DNA from: Acidobacteriota bacterium
GTDB taxonomy: Bacteria; Acidobacteriota; UBA890; WLXD01
Length of the DNA: 64,000 nt
Assembly: GCA_965205505.1 (NCBI GenBank)
Contig: CBDBHB010000008.1
Location: 256,001-320,000, forward strand
Direction: 5' to 3'
Made by a program: the position numbers and the translations under genes. This document shows, in pieces, positions 32,463 through 44,006 of this stretch. A model generated the notes under the pieces. The model did not search any database. It saw only the letters and a list, made by a program, of their open reading frames with translations, and was not told where the DNA came from. Numbering within the stretch: position 1 is the stretch's first letter; every line of letters begins with the position of its first letter.

Positions 32463-33503
32463 TCAGCGGACTGTCAAGGGCTTCGATACGCGTTCCGCGA
32501 ACATCTCGATGAAGCGCGGCCAATCGAGATCGTACTGAACCTCCATGCGCTGAGCTCCCTCTGCTCCCGGCCAGATGCGATCGCCTCCGACCGAGGTGCC
32601 ATAGCTGATTCCGCGATTGATATCGACATCGACAAGAAGCTCACGCGTGGTTACCAGCGACGGATCGATCAGGCTCGCCACCGCCACCTGGTCGTACATT
32701 AACCACACCGTCGACGGATGCTCCTCGAAGATCGGCCCCATCTCGCGGCGAAGCAGCCTCGTGATCGGCGTGTCGGAGGCTACGACGCGTTCGTAAGCAT
32801 CTCGATCAAACGAGGTCTTGCGCGACACGTTCAGCGGCGACAGAACGGTAGGGATCCCCGCGCGCAGCACCGCGCGGGCCGCTTCTGGATCGACCCAGAA
32901 GTTGAACTCGGCGTTCGGCGTGACGTTGCCGTGCCCGTCGGGAAGGGTGGCGACGGCGCCTCCCATGATGACCAGCTTCTTCACGTGCCGCGCGAAGTCC
33001 GCGTCCTGTCGTATGGCGATTGCCACGTTGGTCAGCGGGCCGATGGCCAGGATGGTGATTCCCCCGGGCTGCTGGCGCACCGTCGCGAGCATGAACTCGA
33101 CCGCACCGGTGACTTCCAGGGTCTTCGCGGCGAAGCCTCCGGACGGCTCGCGGGGCGCATCGTTCGACCACCACTCCCCGTGGTTCTGGGTCGCGTAGTC
33201 CGACTTCTCGTGCACGAGCGGCATATCGGCGCCGGAGTAGACGGGAATGTCGGTACGCGCCGCGATCTCGAGCAGTCGCAGCACGTCGGCGTTTGCCTGC
33301 TCGAGCGAGAAATTCCCCGCCACCGTGGTGATGCCAACGATCTCCAACTCCGGAGACTGCAACGCCAGCAGCAACGCCATGCCATCGTCCTGTGGCGGCA
33401 TGGCGAAATCGGTGTCGAAGATCACCCGGTGCGATTGAGCGGAGACAACCTCGGCTACCAGCAACGCCATCGTGACAACGACGCTGAGACCAACCACACG
33501 CAC
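32463..33503 (-). CDS. Nucleoside hydrolase with signal peptide
   Basis: DTDFAMPPQDD, TTVAGN, IGPLTN and AEFNFWVDPEAA. Confidence 0.92.
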   Translation of the reverse strand: MRVVGLSVVVTMALLVAEVVSAQSHRVIFDTDFAMPPQDDGMALLLALQSPELEIVGITTVAGNFSLEQANADVLRLLEIAARTDIPVYSGADMPLVHEKSDYATQNHGEWWSNDAPREPSGGFAAKTLEVTGAVEFMLATVRQQPGGITILAIGPLTNVAIAIRQDADFARHVKKLVIMGGAVATLPDGHGNVTPNAEFNFWVDPEAARAVLRAGIPTVLSPLNVSRKTSFDRDAYERVVASDTPITRLLRREMGPIFEEHPSTVWLMYDQVAVASLIDPSLVTTRELLVDVDINRGISYGTSVGGDRIWPGAEGAQRMEVQYDLDWPRFIEMFAERVSKPLTVR

Positions 33504-33507
33504 GTCG

Positions 33508-35202
33508 CTACATCCTTGAACCGGTCAGGGTCACATCGGCTAGCGACCAAATCTGGTTGAACCTGTCGAGCTCGTCGGCAGCGTCCTTACCCTGCGCCTC
33601 GAGGCTCTGGACGAGCCCGAACATCGACCAGCCGTTGCGCGGGTAAACAGCCAGATCGTCGCGATAGACTTGCTCGGCTGCGATCACGTCTCCCGCAGCC
33701 AGCAGTGCCCGGCCGAGCGACTGTCTGGTCGGGTAGTACCAGAACGGTGGCTCCATATACGGCAGCTCGTCCTGTGCGCCGACGGCGCGCTCGAAGTGTC
33801 TGATCGCCACGTCGAGGTCGCCCTCCGCCATGGCGATGTCGCCGAGAACCAGAGCGTCGGCGATCGACAGCAATATGCTGGCCGGATAGTCGGCCGAGTC
33901 GATCTGGTGGATCTTGTCAGTCTGCTGCAGCTGTACGAGGGTTAGCCGCTCGTCCCTCGCCGCTTCTAAGTTCCCCTGCGCCGCATAGGCAGTGGCGCGC
34001 GCGTAACGCCAGATTGCGTTCGAGAAATCGAGGTGCTCGGCTGGTTGGGGCTCGTTCAATACCTCGTCCCATCGTCCGAATCGCGTCAGCGCGAGCATCG
34101 GGATGGTATGAAAGAACTCCACGCCCGGGAACTCCTCGATCATCTCCAGCCGGATGTTGGCGGCCACCCGCCGGCCCGCGTCGATGGCTACCTCGCTGCG
34201 TCCTTCCATGGTCGAGGCGGCCCATAGGAAGTGAATGTTGTGGGGGTAGTACGCGGCCGGGTAGAAACCCTGAGCATTGCACGCGGCAATGTAGGCCTCG
34301 TCCACGGCTGCGGCGCGCACGTTCACCTCGGAAGCATCATGGTAGCGACCCACGCGCCAGTAAATGTGCGCCGGCATGTGCACGAGGTGCCCGGCTCCCG
34401 GCACCAACTCGGCCAATATGTCGGCGCCCGGCTCGGCGCGCTCGGGAGCGGATGAAGCCTCGACCGCGTGGATATATAGATGTATCGCCAGTGGGTGATC
34501 CGGGGTGCGCGCCAGTACCGTTTCCAACACGCTGATCACCTCCACCGTCTCGGGCTTCGGGCTCTCCGGGTCGAGCCAGTAGTCCCAAGGCATGTTGTTC
34601 ATCAGCGACTCAGCGAACAGCGCCGCCAGGTCATCGTCGTCGGGATACTTCTGATGCAGCTGGCGCATGGCACCGGCGTATGCCAGATCGAGCGGTCCCC
34701 GCTCGGTCGTCGGGTCGCCGTTGTAGCGAACCGCGAGCGCATCGATGAGATCCTGCTCCTTCGGCGTCGCGCTGCCGTACCTAGCAACCGCCTCCTGGAT
34801 CGCTGCGTGGGCGGCGAGGCGATCTTCGTCGGCCATCACGACCTTTCCATTGAAGGTCACGTTGATGTTCGGACCCAGTGCCAGCGCCTCCCCCCAGTAG
34901 CACATGGCGCAGTCGTCATCGAGGCGCTGCGCGGCTTGAAACGACCGCACCGACTCCGCGTGGTTGAAGGCGAAGTCGATCACCAGCCCCTGGTTGAAGT
35001 AGCGCTGGGCGTCGGGGTCGTTGGTCGTGATCGGGTGATTGTGGTCGCCCATGCCATCGAACAGCGGCGCCCCGGCGCGAGCCGCGAGCGTGTTGCGCTC
35101 GGCGCGAGCCAGCTCCGGATCCGGCGCCTGGTTTCCCGAGCAGGCGGATGACAAGAGCGAACCAAGCATGGCCGCAGACAACAGAACTCGAGACGACCTC
35201 AT
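33508..35202 (-). CDS. TPR-repeat lipoprotein
   Basis: Lipobox SSAC, AQRYFNQGL, HPLAIHLYIH, GHLVHMPAHIY and PRNGWS. Confidence 0.85.
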   Translation of the reverse strand: MRSSRVLLSAAMLGSLLSSACSGNQAPDPELARAERNTLAARAGAPLFDGMGDHNHPITTNDPDAQRYFNQGLVIDFAFNHAESVRSFQAAQRLDDDCAMCYWGEALALGPNINVTFNGKVVMADEDRLAAHAAIQEAVARYGSATPKEQDLIDALAVRYNGDPTTERGPLDLAYAGAMRQLHQKYPDDDDLAALFAESLMNNMPWDYWLDPESPKPETVEVISVLETVLARTPDHPLAIHLYIHAVEASSAPERAEPGADILAELVPGAGHLVHMPAHIYWRVGRYHDASEVNVRAAAVDEAYIAACNAQGFYPAAYYPHNIHFLWAASTMEGRSEVAIDAGRRVAANIRLEMIEEFPGVEFFHTIPMLALTRFGRWDEVLNEPQPAEHLDFSNAIWRYARATAYAAQGNLEAARDERLTLVQLQQTDKIHQIDSADYPASILLSIADALVLGDIAMAEGDLDVAIRHFERAVGAQDELPYMEPPFWYYPTRQSLGRALLAAGDVIAAEQVYRDDLAVYPRNGWSMFGLVQSLEAQGKDAADELDRFNQIWSLADVTLTGSRM

Positions 35203-35463
35203 GACCACCCCCCCTCGGCTGGCGTTGCGGGGACCCGTACGCGGGTTCGGCTACTCTGTCGGCAGACTAGTCCGCGCGGCGCATCGAATCCAATCCGGCG
35301 CCACATCGCACAGGGGAGCTCGCCAATACCACCCCGCCAGCCGCTACAACGACGGCTGTCGCGCCGATCGCCCCGCCGAGGCTGACCGCGCCCAACGCCA
35401 CGACTACGAATACGCCATGGCGCATGACGCGTTCCCGTTTGGCACCGCGCACCATACGCCGGC

Positions 35464-37158
35464 TCAACCTCTTCCTGCTTGCCGCAGCTGACGCGTCTCG
35501 GCCTCGTTCAGCAGCATCGTTTTCGCGTCGATCACCACGCGGTAATCATCGCGAGCTCGATCTAGCGACACGTAGCCATTGCGCACGTCCTCGAGCACGC
35601 GGGCGGGGTCGCGCTTCTCGGGCGGACCGTAGCCGCCACCACCGGGCAACTCCAGCGTGACCTCCGTGCCGGGCTCCAACTGCGCGCGGATCTTCGGATA
35701 TACCGATACGTCGTTGTTCGCGTACACGGCACCCGCGGCACCTGGTCGCCCGCCGGCCAGACCCGGGGCCGGGAACTGTACGCGCTCGTAGAGGCCCGAG
35801 AACATGTAGGGGCGATCGGTGCGTACAGCGATCTGCATCACCTGTCCGAGGCCGCCGCGAAACCGCCCTGGTCCGCCGGAGTCGCGTATCAGCGCACGCT
35901 GCGTGAGCATCACCGGCGAGACCGACTCGATGACCTCCACCGGCACACCGGCGATGCCGCTCGGGAAGGCGGTGGCTGACAGGCCGTCGCGATCGGCCAT
36001 GGCGCCGGTACCGCCGGAGGAAAACCAAACATAGCTGAACGGCTCATCGGTGCGCGTATCGTGCCCGAAGATCTGCGTGTCCCAAAGGCTGTCGAAGCCC
36101 GGCGCCGAGATGTGGTCGGGGAGCACGTCCGCCAGTGCGATAAAGATGGCGCCGGGCAAGTAGTGGCCGATCAGATGTCGCCCACCGATGGCCGCCGGGA
36201 ACTGGGCGTTGAGGATGCACCCGGCTGGTGCGGTCACCCCCACCGGCCGGAAGCTCCCCTCGTTGTTGGGCACGTCAGGCGCGATCGCGCACTTCACGCC
36301 GTAGGTGGTATAGGCGTGACTGTAGTTAAACGCTACGTTGATACCCCAGCTGACCTCGGGCGAGGTTCCGACGTAGTCGACCTGCAGAGAGTCCCCGTCG
36401 ACGACGACCGTGGTGCAGATGCGGATCGGCTCCTCGAACCCGTCGCACATCACCTCCGAGCGATACTCGCCGTCGGGGATCGTCGCAATGCGCTCGCGCA
36501 TAGCCGCCTCGGAGCGCTCGACAACCAGATCCGACAGAGCCTCGATGTCGGGAAGGTCAAACTCCGCCAGGCTCTTGAGGAGCTGATCGCCTCCTACCTC
36601 ATTCGCCACTACCTGAGCGTGAATGTCGCCGAGCACCTCGTCGGGGGTACGTACGTTGGCGCGGAGAAGGGCCAGCAGCGTGTCGTTCGGCAACCCTGCG
36701 TCGTGCAATTTCATGATCGGGATGAAGATCCCCTCCTCGTACACCTGGCGGGAGTCGGCAGACAGGCCACGGCCTCCGATGTCGAGCGCGTGGCAGGTAT
36801 TCCCAAAAAAGGCGACGACGCGCGATCGGTGGAAGATCGGCGTAATGACCGTGATGTCGTTGAGCTGCGAGGCCGTCTTCCAGGGATCATTGGTGGCCAG
36901 CACGTCGCCGGGCTGCAGCGAATCAATGGGGAAGGCGCCGAGGAAGTGGCCCATGCTCGTAGCCATGGAGTTGATGTGCCCGGGGGTCCCGGTCACCGCC
37001 TGGGCAATCATGCGGCCACGGCGATCGAAGATGCCTGCCGACAGGTCACCGGCCTCGCGCAGCACCGAGGTAAACGAGGTGCGCATCAGGGCCGCCGCCT
37101 GCTCGTTGACCACGCCGACGAGGCGATTCCACAGCACGTCGAGAAGGATGGCATCCAT
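35464..37158 (-). CDS. Hydantoinase B / 5-oxoprolinase subunit
   Basis: LMRTSFTSVLRE, NDPW, EEGIFIP, DSGGPGRFRGGLG and PGGGGYG. Confidence 0.93.
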   Translation of the reverse strand: MDAILLDVLWNRLVGVVNEQAAALMRTSFTSVLREAGDLSAGIFDRRGRMIAQAVTGTPGHINSMATSMGHFLGAFPIDSLQPGDVLATNDPWKTASQLNDITVITPIFHRSRVVAFFGNTCHALDIGGRGLSADSRQVYEEGIFIPIMKLHDAGLPNDTLLALLRANVRTPDEVLGDIHAQVVANEVGGDQLLKSLAEFDLPDIEALSDLVVERSEAAMRERIATIPDGEYRSEVMCDGFEEPIRICTTVVVDGDSLQVDYVGTSPEVSWGINVAFNYSHAYTTYGVKCAIAPDVPNNEGSFRPVGVTAPAGCILNAQFPAAIGGRHLIGHYLPGAIFIALADVLPDHISAPGFDSLWDTQIFGHDTRTDEPFSYVWFSSGGTGAMADRDGLSATAFPSGIAGVPVEVIESVSPVMLTQRALIRDSGGPGRFRGGLGQVMQIAVRTDRPYMFSGLYERVQFPAPGLAGGRPGAAGAVYANNDVSVYPKIRAQLEPGTEVTLELPGGGGYGPPEKRDPARVLEDVRNGYVSLDRARDDYRVVIDAKTMLLNEAETRQLRQAGRG

Positions 37159-37198
37159 CAGCCTACCCCCACTGCCGCTCTCTGCGGCTGAGCTGGTC

Positions 37199-39298
37199 TC
37201 ATGACAGCTCCACCACGAGATTGAGCGACTCGTCCACATGGGCACGGGTGTCGGGTCCGAGCACGGCGGTCGACTCGCGCTCCTCCACCACTGCCGGGCC
37301 GTCGAATCGTGCTCCGACCGCCAGCGCGTAGCGATCGTATACGGGCACCGACAGGAGGCCGGATTCCTCGGGGAGGTAAATCGGCCGGTGCCCCTTGATC
37401 GGACTCACTGCTTGAGCAGAGCTCCCCGGCTGATCGACCGCGTCGGTCGGTGCTTCGGGTAAGTGCAGCTCGGGCAGCGGGCCGACGCACGACACGCGCC
37501 AACTCACCACCTCGATCTCCGGACCGGGAGGAGTGCGCCCGTAGATCGACTCATACTCGGTCTCGAAAGCAGCCCTGATCTCCGGTTCGCTAGCATGGCC
37601 CAGATTGTCGCCCGGAACGGGGATGCGCATCTCGTGCCCCTGTAGGCTGTAGCGAAGGTCGGCCCAGCGTCGAACCGAGATCTGCTCCGCCGGCAGCGTC
37701 GCCTCGAGAACCGAACGGCCCTCGTGCTCCATCTCCGCCAGGCAGTCGGTGACCGCCGACCAGTCAAGCGCTGCCAGCTTGCCGGGCAACGTGCGCACCG
37801 ACTCGGTCGACAGTGGAGCGGCCAGGAAGCCGACCGCCGAGGTCACCCCGGCGCCACGCGGGCAGACAAACCGCGGACAACCAAGAATCCGCGCTACCCG
37901 GTCGGCGTGTACGGGGCCAGCGCCCCCGAACGCGAACAGCGGAAACCGACGCAAGTCCTTGCCCCGCTCTACCGCGTGCACCCGGGCCGCCGCTGCCATG
38001 CTCTCGTTGACCACCTGGTGGATTCCCCAGGCGGCGCGCAATGGGTCCAGATCGAGCGGCTCGGCGACATGCGCGGCGATGGCGTCGTGAGCAGCTGCGC
38101 GATCGAGCGTCATGGCGCCGCCTAGGAAGAAGTCTGGGTCGAGATAGCCGAGGACGAGGTCGGCGTCGGTCACCGTGGGCGCAGTGCCGCCGCGGCCGTA
38201 ACAGGCAGGACCGGGATCCGACCCGGCGCTGTCTGGGCCTACCGCCAGCAGGCCCAGAGAGCTCAGCCTTGCGATACTGCCGCCGCCTGCTCCGATCTCG
38301 ATCATCTCGATAACCGGCGCCTTGATCGGCAGGCCGCTGCCGCGCTTGAAAAGATAGACACGCGCAACCTCGAACTCCCGGGTGATCAGCGGCTCGCCCG
38401 CCTCGATCACACCCGCCTTCGCGGTCGTACCACCCATGTCGAACGACAGCAGATCCGGCTGCCCCATGCGCTCACCGTAGTAGGCGGCCGCCAGCGCCCC
38501 GGCCGCGGGTCCCGACTCGACGATATGAATCGGCAGCCGGCAAGCCAGATCGACCGTACAAATACCGCCGTTGGATTGCATGACGAACAGCGTCCCGACG
38601 ATACCGAGCTCCCGTAACCGCTCGACCAGACGGTTGAGGTAGCTTTCCGCCAACCGCTGGATAAAGACGTTGGCCACGGTCGTCGAAGTGCGTTCGTACT
38701 CACGAATCTCCGGTGCCACATCGCACGACAACGAGCAGGCGATCTCGGGGGCGCGCTCGCGCAGCAGCTGCCCGATCGCCCGCTCGTGATCCGAGTTCGC
38801 GTAGCCGTGCAGCAGGCAAACCGCTACCGCCTCGACCGACTGCGCGCGCAGCTCGTCGACAACTCGCGCCGCCCCATCGAGATCGAGCGCCCGACGAACG
38901 GAACCGTCCTCGAGCACGCGCTCATCGACCTCGTAGCGAAGATAGCGAGGCACCAGAGGGGCCGCCCGCTCCAGCCGCAGATCGTACATGTCGTAGCGAT
39001 GTTCGCGGGCGATCTCCAGAGCATCGCGGAACCCGGCGGTCGTGATGAGGGCGGTCCGCGCCCCCTTGCGCTCGATCAGCGCGTTGGCGAACAGCGTCGT
39101 GCCATGAACGACGTGCGAGATTTCCTCGGCCGGCACCCCGGTAGCACTCAGCAGCGCCTCTATCCCCTCTCCCGCAGCGCGGGCCGGGTCGGTCGAGGTG
39201 GTCAGCACCTTCACCACTTCGAAGACCGTTCCGGCGTCGTCGACCAGCACCAGATCGGTGAAGGTGCCGCCGATGTCGACTCCGATCCGGTAGCTCAT
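37199..39298 (-). CDS. Hydantoinase A / 5-oxoprolinase ATP-binding subunit
   Basis: GVDIGGTFTD, HGTT, REYER, SGPAAG, DMGGTT and GAGGGS. Confidence 0.94.
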   Translation of the reverse strand: MSYRIGVDIGGTFTDLVLVDDAGTVFEVVKVLTTSTDPARAAGEGIEALLSATGVPAEEISHVVHGTTLFANALIERKGARTALITTAGFRDALEIAREHRYDMYDLRLERAAPLVPRYLRYEVDERVLEDGSVRRALDLDGAARVVDELRAQSVEAVAVCLLHGYANSDHERAIGQLLRERAPEIACSLSCDVAPEIREYERTSTTVANVFIQRLAESYLNRLVERLRELGIVGTLFVMQSNGGICTVDLACRLPIHIVESGPAAGALAAAYYGERMGQPDLLSFDMGGTTAKAGVIEAGEPLITREFEVARVYLFKRGSGLPIKAPVIEMIEIGAGGGSIARLSSLGLLAVGPDSAGSDPGPACYGRGGTAPTVTDADLVLGYLDPDFFLGGAMTLDRAAAHDAIAAHVAEPLDLDPLRAAWGIHQVVNESMAAAARVHAVERGKDLRRFPLFAFGGAGPVHADRVARILGCPRFVCPRGAGVTSAVGFLAAPLSTESVRTLPGKLAALDWSAVTDCLAEMEHEGRSVLEATLPAEQISVRRWADLRYSLQGHEMRIPVPGDNLGHASEPEIRAAFETEYESIYGRTPPGPEIEVVSWRVSCVGPLPELHLPEAPTDAVDQPGSSAQAVSPIKGHRPIYLPEESGLLSVPVYDRYALAVGARFDGPAVVEERESTAVLGPDTRAHVDESLNLVVELS

Positions 39299-39516
39299 CG
39301 GGAGCCGGGAGTCTCGTACGCGCATGCATCTTGGCCGCCGCACTTCGGCCTCTCGGCGTTGTCGATGCCGGTTGCTCCGCAGAAGGAGTGTGCGCTGAAG
39401 AAGCTGTTGTCGAACACGTGATCATGTTACCCGGGCAAGCAACCAGCATGATTGCACATGCTCGCCTGCAGCGACGGAGCCCCTGTGCGACGGCGTCGGG
39501 GTCAGGACCGTCGCTT

Positions 39517-42500
39517 CTATTGGTCGCCGCGCCCGGCACGTAGCGGCCGAGGACGGACGGTTGCCAGGCGCACACCGGCGCCTGTCTCACCCTCGAGACG
39601 GTACAGCTCGTACTCGGCGTCGGCGATGAAGCGGACCGAGGCCATCAGGTAGCCGAAGCCCATCCATGTTTCCAGATCGAGCCAGTCACCCTGCGCTGTC
39701 TCGTCCATGGCCTCGGTACCGCCCGAGAAGATCGTCGGGTTGACGAGCTGCTGCGCACGGGCCAGCGACGCAGCGCCGTTGCGGCGCTCGTTGTAGATCG
39801 CCGTGTCGTTGTAGATGTCGAGATTGTAGACATGCGGTTGCCAGCGGATCGTCCAGCGCTCGTAGCGATCGTAGATACGCAGGTTCGTGGCACGTGACTC
39901 GGCGTCGCGCGATACCTCCTCGGCGATGTAGTCGAGCATGGCCCGTGCCGCGTCGCGGTAGTCGCTCAGTCGCGGATCCTCTGGGACCCTCACGCTCGTG
40001 TACCAGCCGCGCGGAATCCAGTACGAACGGAACGACTTGGGGTTGTAGTTGGCGAACTGGTGCACCCACTCGTGTGAGGGGTAGCCATGCGGATTCAGTC
40101 GGATGTCGGCAAGCCAGCGAGCGCTGACGTCGCGCAGCACATGCGCTTCGGTAACCAGGGTGTCCGGCTCGTTGGCTTGACCTGGGACGTCGGGCCCGAG
40201 GGCCCTGTAGCGCCCGGCGTGCAGGCAATGGGTCGGCGTGAGCTTTTGAAGCTCGTAGGCGAGCGCCGCGCCGTCGGGGTTGACGACCGGCTGGATCACG
40301 ACGTTCATGCCGTTCAGGTAGCGACGGTAGCTCGGATCAGTGGCCAGCAGCTCGGCGAGCCGGAGGATGTGCGACGTCGACGAGACTTCGTTGGCATGTT
40401 GCCTCCCGACGATCGAAAGCACCGGCTTCCAGGCGTTGAGCTTCGCCTGCGACACCAGGTCGGCCTCCATCGGTAGCCGGATCTCCATCACGGACACCGG
40501 GCGGCCCTGGTACGAATGACCGGCCACATACGTGGTCACCGCGTCGAGCGTGCCCAACTGGTGTGCAATGCGCTCGCTCTCGTCCGGGCTGATCACATGA
40601 TCCCAGGTAACGACTGGCCCTCCCGTCGACGGGTACGGCTCGACAACCGTTGCAGGCTCCGCCACGTCCGGCGAAGCAAAAGTGCGCTCGCTCAGCGCCC
40701 CCTCCGCCTCGATGCGCACCGACACCTGCTCGACGCCGTCGAACGCGAAGACGTCGGCGAAAAGGCCGTCGGCACGCAGCCGCTCCAGGTTGCTGAGCAA
40801 CGCGGCGAGCCGTGCGAGCTCGTCGTCGTCGTCGAGCTGCACCAGAATGCCGATGCGCTCGAGCGTGTCGGCGCCCGACTCGACGTCGACAGCGTAGAGG
40901 TAGGGCTCCGGGATCTCGATGGGTGTGAGGGTGCGCGTTTCGGTCTCCCCGCCGGTCTCCTCATCCTCATCCTCGGCGGAAGGCTCGGCTTCGGACTCTG
41001 CGGTCTCGCCCTCGGCGGCACCATCGCCCTCGTCGTCCGTTTCGCGATAACGCACTACGAGTTTCGCCTCTTTAGAGGCGAAGCCCGCGTACGAGATCTT
41101 CAACGCCGGCGCCTGACCGCGACGCTCGGGGTGAATCCACGGCAGCACGTTACCCGCCGCCAGTGAGCGCGAGACCGACTCCTCGCCCGAAGCCTGTAAC
41201 GCCACCTCGTAGAAGAAGTCGAGCGCATCGAAGTAGAAGTCGTCGTGTAGCGACTCGAGAACCGACACGTGCTCCTCATCCACACCAAGACGGAAATCGG
41301 GCTCGGAGGCCTGCAAATCGATCCGTAGCGTGTGAAAGAAGGGGGCCTTGTCGGCGGTCGGCCGGTTGCCGGTAGTTTTCTTGATGTGCTCGTACACGCG
41401 GTCGAGCGTGTCGCTTTGGAAGTAATCCCAGATGCGGTCCGAGTCGGTGGGAATGCGCTCGTCGACGACGACGTTGTCGCCGACGCGCGCGGTCAACCAA
41501 CCGGTGGCCACAGTCACAGTGGCGTAATCCTGGAAGGCATCGAAGTAGGGACGCTCGTAGGCGTGGGGTGAGAACGATTCCTGCAACAGGATCGAGCCGG
41601 CCGCGTCGCGGGCCGTCGCCGTGTAGATGTCGTCGCCCGCGTCGTCGAGACGAAAGGAGAAGGCGTCCAGCGGCAGGCCCATTGAGCCCGCCAGCACATC
41701 GTCGGCGGGATACAGCTCGTTGAGCCATCGCTCGGTTCGTTCTGAAAGCGTTCTTTGGTGTCCGGGTCGACGGGGAACGGTTTCCAGGCGATGTCCAGCG
41801 CCGCGACGCTCTGCCCCGCCAGGGCAGGAGCGACGCGATCCATGAGCCATGACAGACCCTGCTTGTATGCCGACAGCACTCTGATATCGCCGGGCTCGCC
41901 GCCCGCAGCGCTGATCTCCGCACGCACCTGGTCGGCCAGCTCAGCACGCAGCTCCGGCGCCTCACTCACGCGGGCCTCCAGCGACACCGTGTCGCCCGGC
42001 TGGATCGCAGACACGACCTGCTCACGGAACACACGTCGGAGATGGTCGACCTCCCACTCGATCTCGGGCTCGTCGGTGAAGACTTCCTCAGGATCCATCC
42101 GCGCCCGGCTGCCGACCTCGACGTCCGTAACAGCGAGCCGGCTGGCGATCTGCGACAACACCCAATCGTCGAACTCCGGCGACGCCTCCTCGAAGAACGC
42201 CTCTACCGATACGGACTCGAGCTCCTTGTCCTCGAGGTCTGCGAGGATGCCCTCGAGCTCTTCTGCTGCAAGTGCCGCTTGCGCCGCCGTAGTTCGCGCC
42301 GACAAGAGACGGCGCACGGTGTTCTTGACGGTGTCGAGGCTCGCCTCGCCCAGCCCTGTGCTCCAGACGTGCGGCGCTCGCCGCGCCAGGTAGGCCGACG
42401 CTGCCTCCTCACCGGCACGATCGCCACCGTGCACAACGACGGCCGAGTTGGCATTGAAGGCTTCCGGCACCATCTCGACCCTGCCCAGACCGGCGCGCGG

Positions 42501-43793
42501 GACCGCGCCACGCAGCTTGCCCTGACGCTTCAGCTCACGCACGTAGCGATTGTTGCGCCCCATCAACACGAGGGGCCTGGTCTCCTCGTCGGGCTTCTCC
42601 AGCTGACTATCGAATCCCACCAGCGGGAAGGTGAGCCCGGTCGACTCGAGCCCGATGCGCGCGGCGAGCTCGGCAACACCGACGGCCGCGTAGTCGGCCT
42701 CCCGCACCCGCGCCGCCGGGATGACGATCATGGTGTCGGAGTCGTCCGGAACCTGATCGCCGTCGTCATCAGCAAGGAGTCCGTCCCGGGCAGTAAAGAG
42801 CTCCGTCAGGTCGAACGTCCGGCCACGTGCAGGTCCGCGCGGCGCGCCGGCGGGCGGGCCGGGAGGACCTCGCCGACGCGCCCGGCTCGACTCGCTGGTC
42901 TGGAAGCGCTGCGCCACCACGCGCGGCGGATTGAGGACACGACCGGGGACGCCGCGACGCGGCAGCTCGACATCGGCGCCGCCGTCGCCGAGGCGCACCA
43001 CGAGGCTACGAACACTGGCATAGCTGAGCCGGTCGGAATCGAGGCCCTGCAGATGACGGGCCCGTAGCCGCTCGAGCTCTCGGCGGGCCGTTGCGGCGTT
43101 CACACCCGCGTCAATGGTCATGACGAGACGTGCTGCCTCGGCGGCTCCTGTGGCGTATACCACCTCGTCGAAGGAGATCGATCCGGCCTCGACCGCCACT
43201 CCTTGATCCGCGAGCCAGCTCACCGCCTGGGCAGCGATCCGCCCATACATGTCGCCGTTCTGACGCCCGATCACCCTCCAGGTGTACGGGCTGCGGGAAG
43301 CAAAGGCCTCGGCGGCTAACTGCGTACCTTCGGGGTCCTTGCCGGCGATAACGACGAGGCTGTCGATGCGCGTGACGAGCCCCTCACCCTCTCCGAGCCG
43401 CGCGATCCGTGTGGCGACGCTCTCTGGTATTCCGGGGTGATCCCCGATGAGAAAGACCAGGCCAGTCGAGCCTGGGCTGGGGACGTTGCCCTGGGCTACG
43501 AGCGGGAAGCTGAGGCCAGCAGTCTCCAAGCCGAGCCGCGCGGCAACCGCAGCAGCAGCGGCAACCTCGCCGGAAGCCGGCTCGTCAGGAAGGAGGATCC
43601 GAGCGGAAACGAAGTCGACCTGATCGTCGCCGTTGCGATCCTGCAGTGCTAATCCGGGCTCGAACACAGCGGCGATGCCCCCGACCACCGTCGTTTGCGC
43701 CACGGCTTCAACCACCACCGCAGCGGACGTATGAGGAGGAACTCCGGCCATGACCGTCGGACCCGCCACGAACATGAGGAACAGGAGAGCCAT
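39517..43793 (-). pseudogene. Very large secreted M14 zinc carboxypeptidase-like protein interrupted by one frameshift near 41731
   Basis: Two overlapping ORFs join at ..FQNEP / RWLNELYP; the C-terminal part has RQHANE (HxxE), NPDG and NPHGY. May be an intact gene with a sequencing indel. Confidence 0.78.
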
Positions 43794-44006
43794 GGGCCTG
43801 GTCTTCGTGTGCTCCCCCCGCCGACGCGCTCTGAGCCAGACCTTCACCCGCAATTCCCCAGATGGACGCTGTCGGGTCACCCTACCCTCCTAAGTGTCGG
43901 AGAATACGCACGGCTGCGAACACCGAGACACTGCTTTCTCCAGGGCTCCCTGTCCAGTCGCCTAGCGATCAAGGTTCGCGACGTCAGATCGAGGCTCCGC
44001 CTGAGG

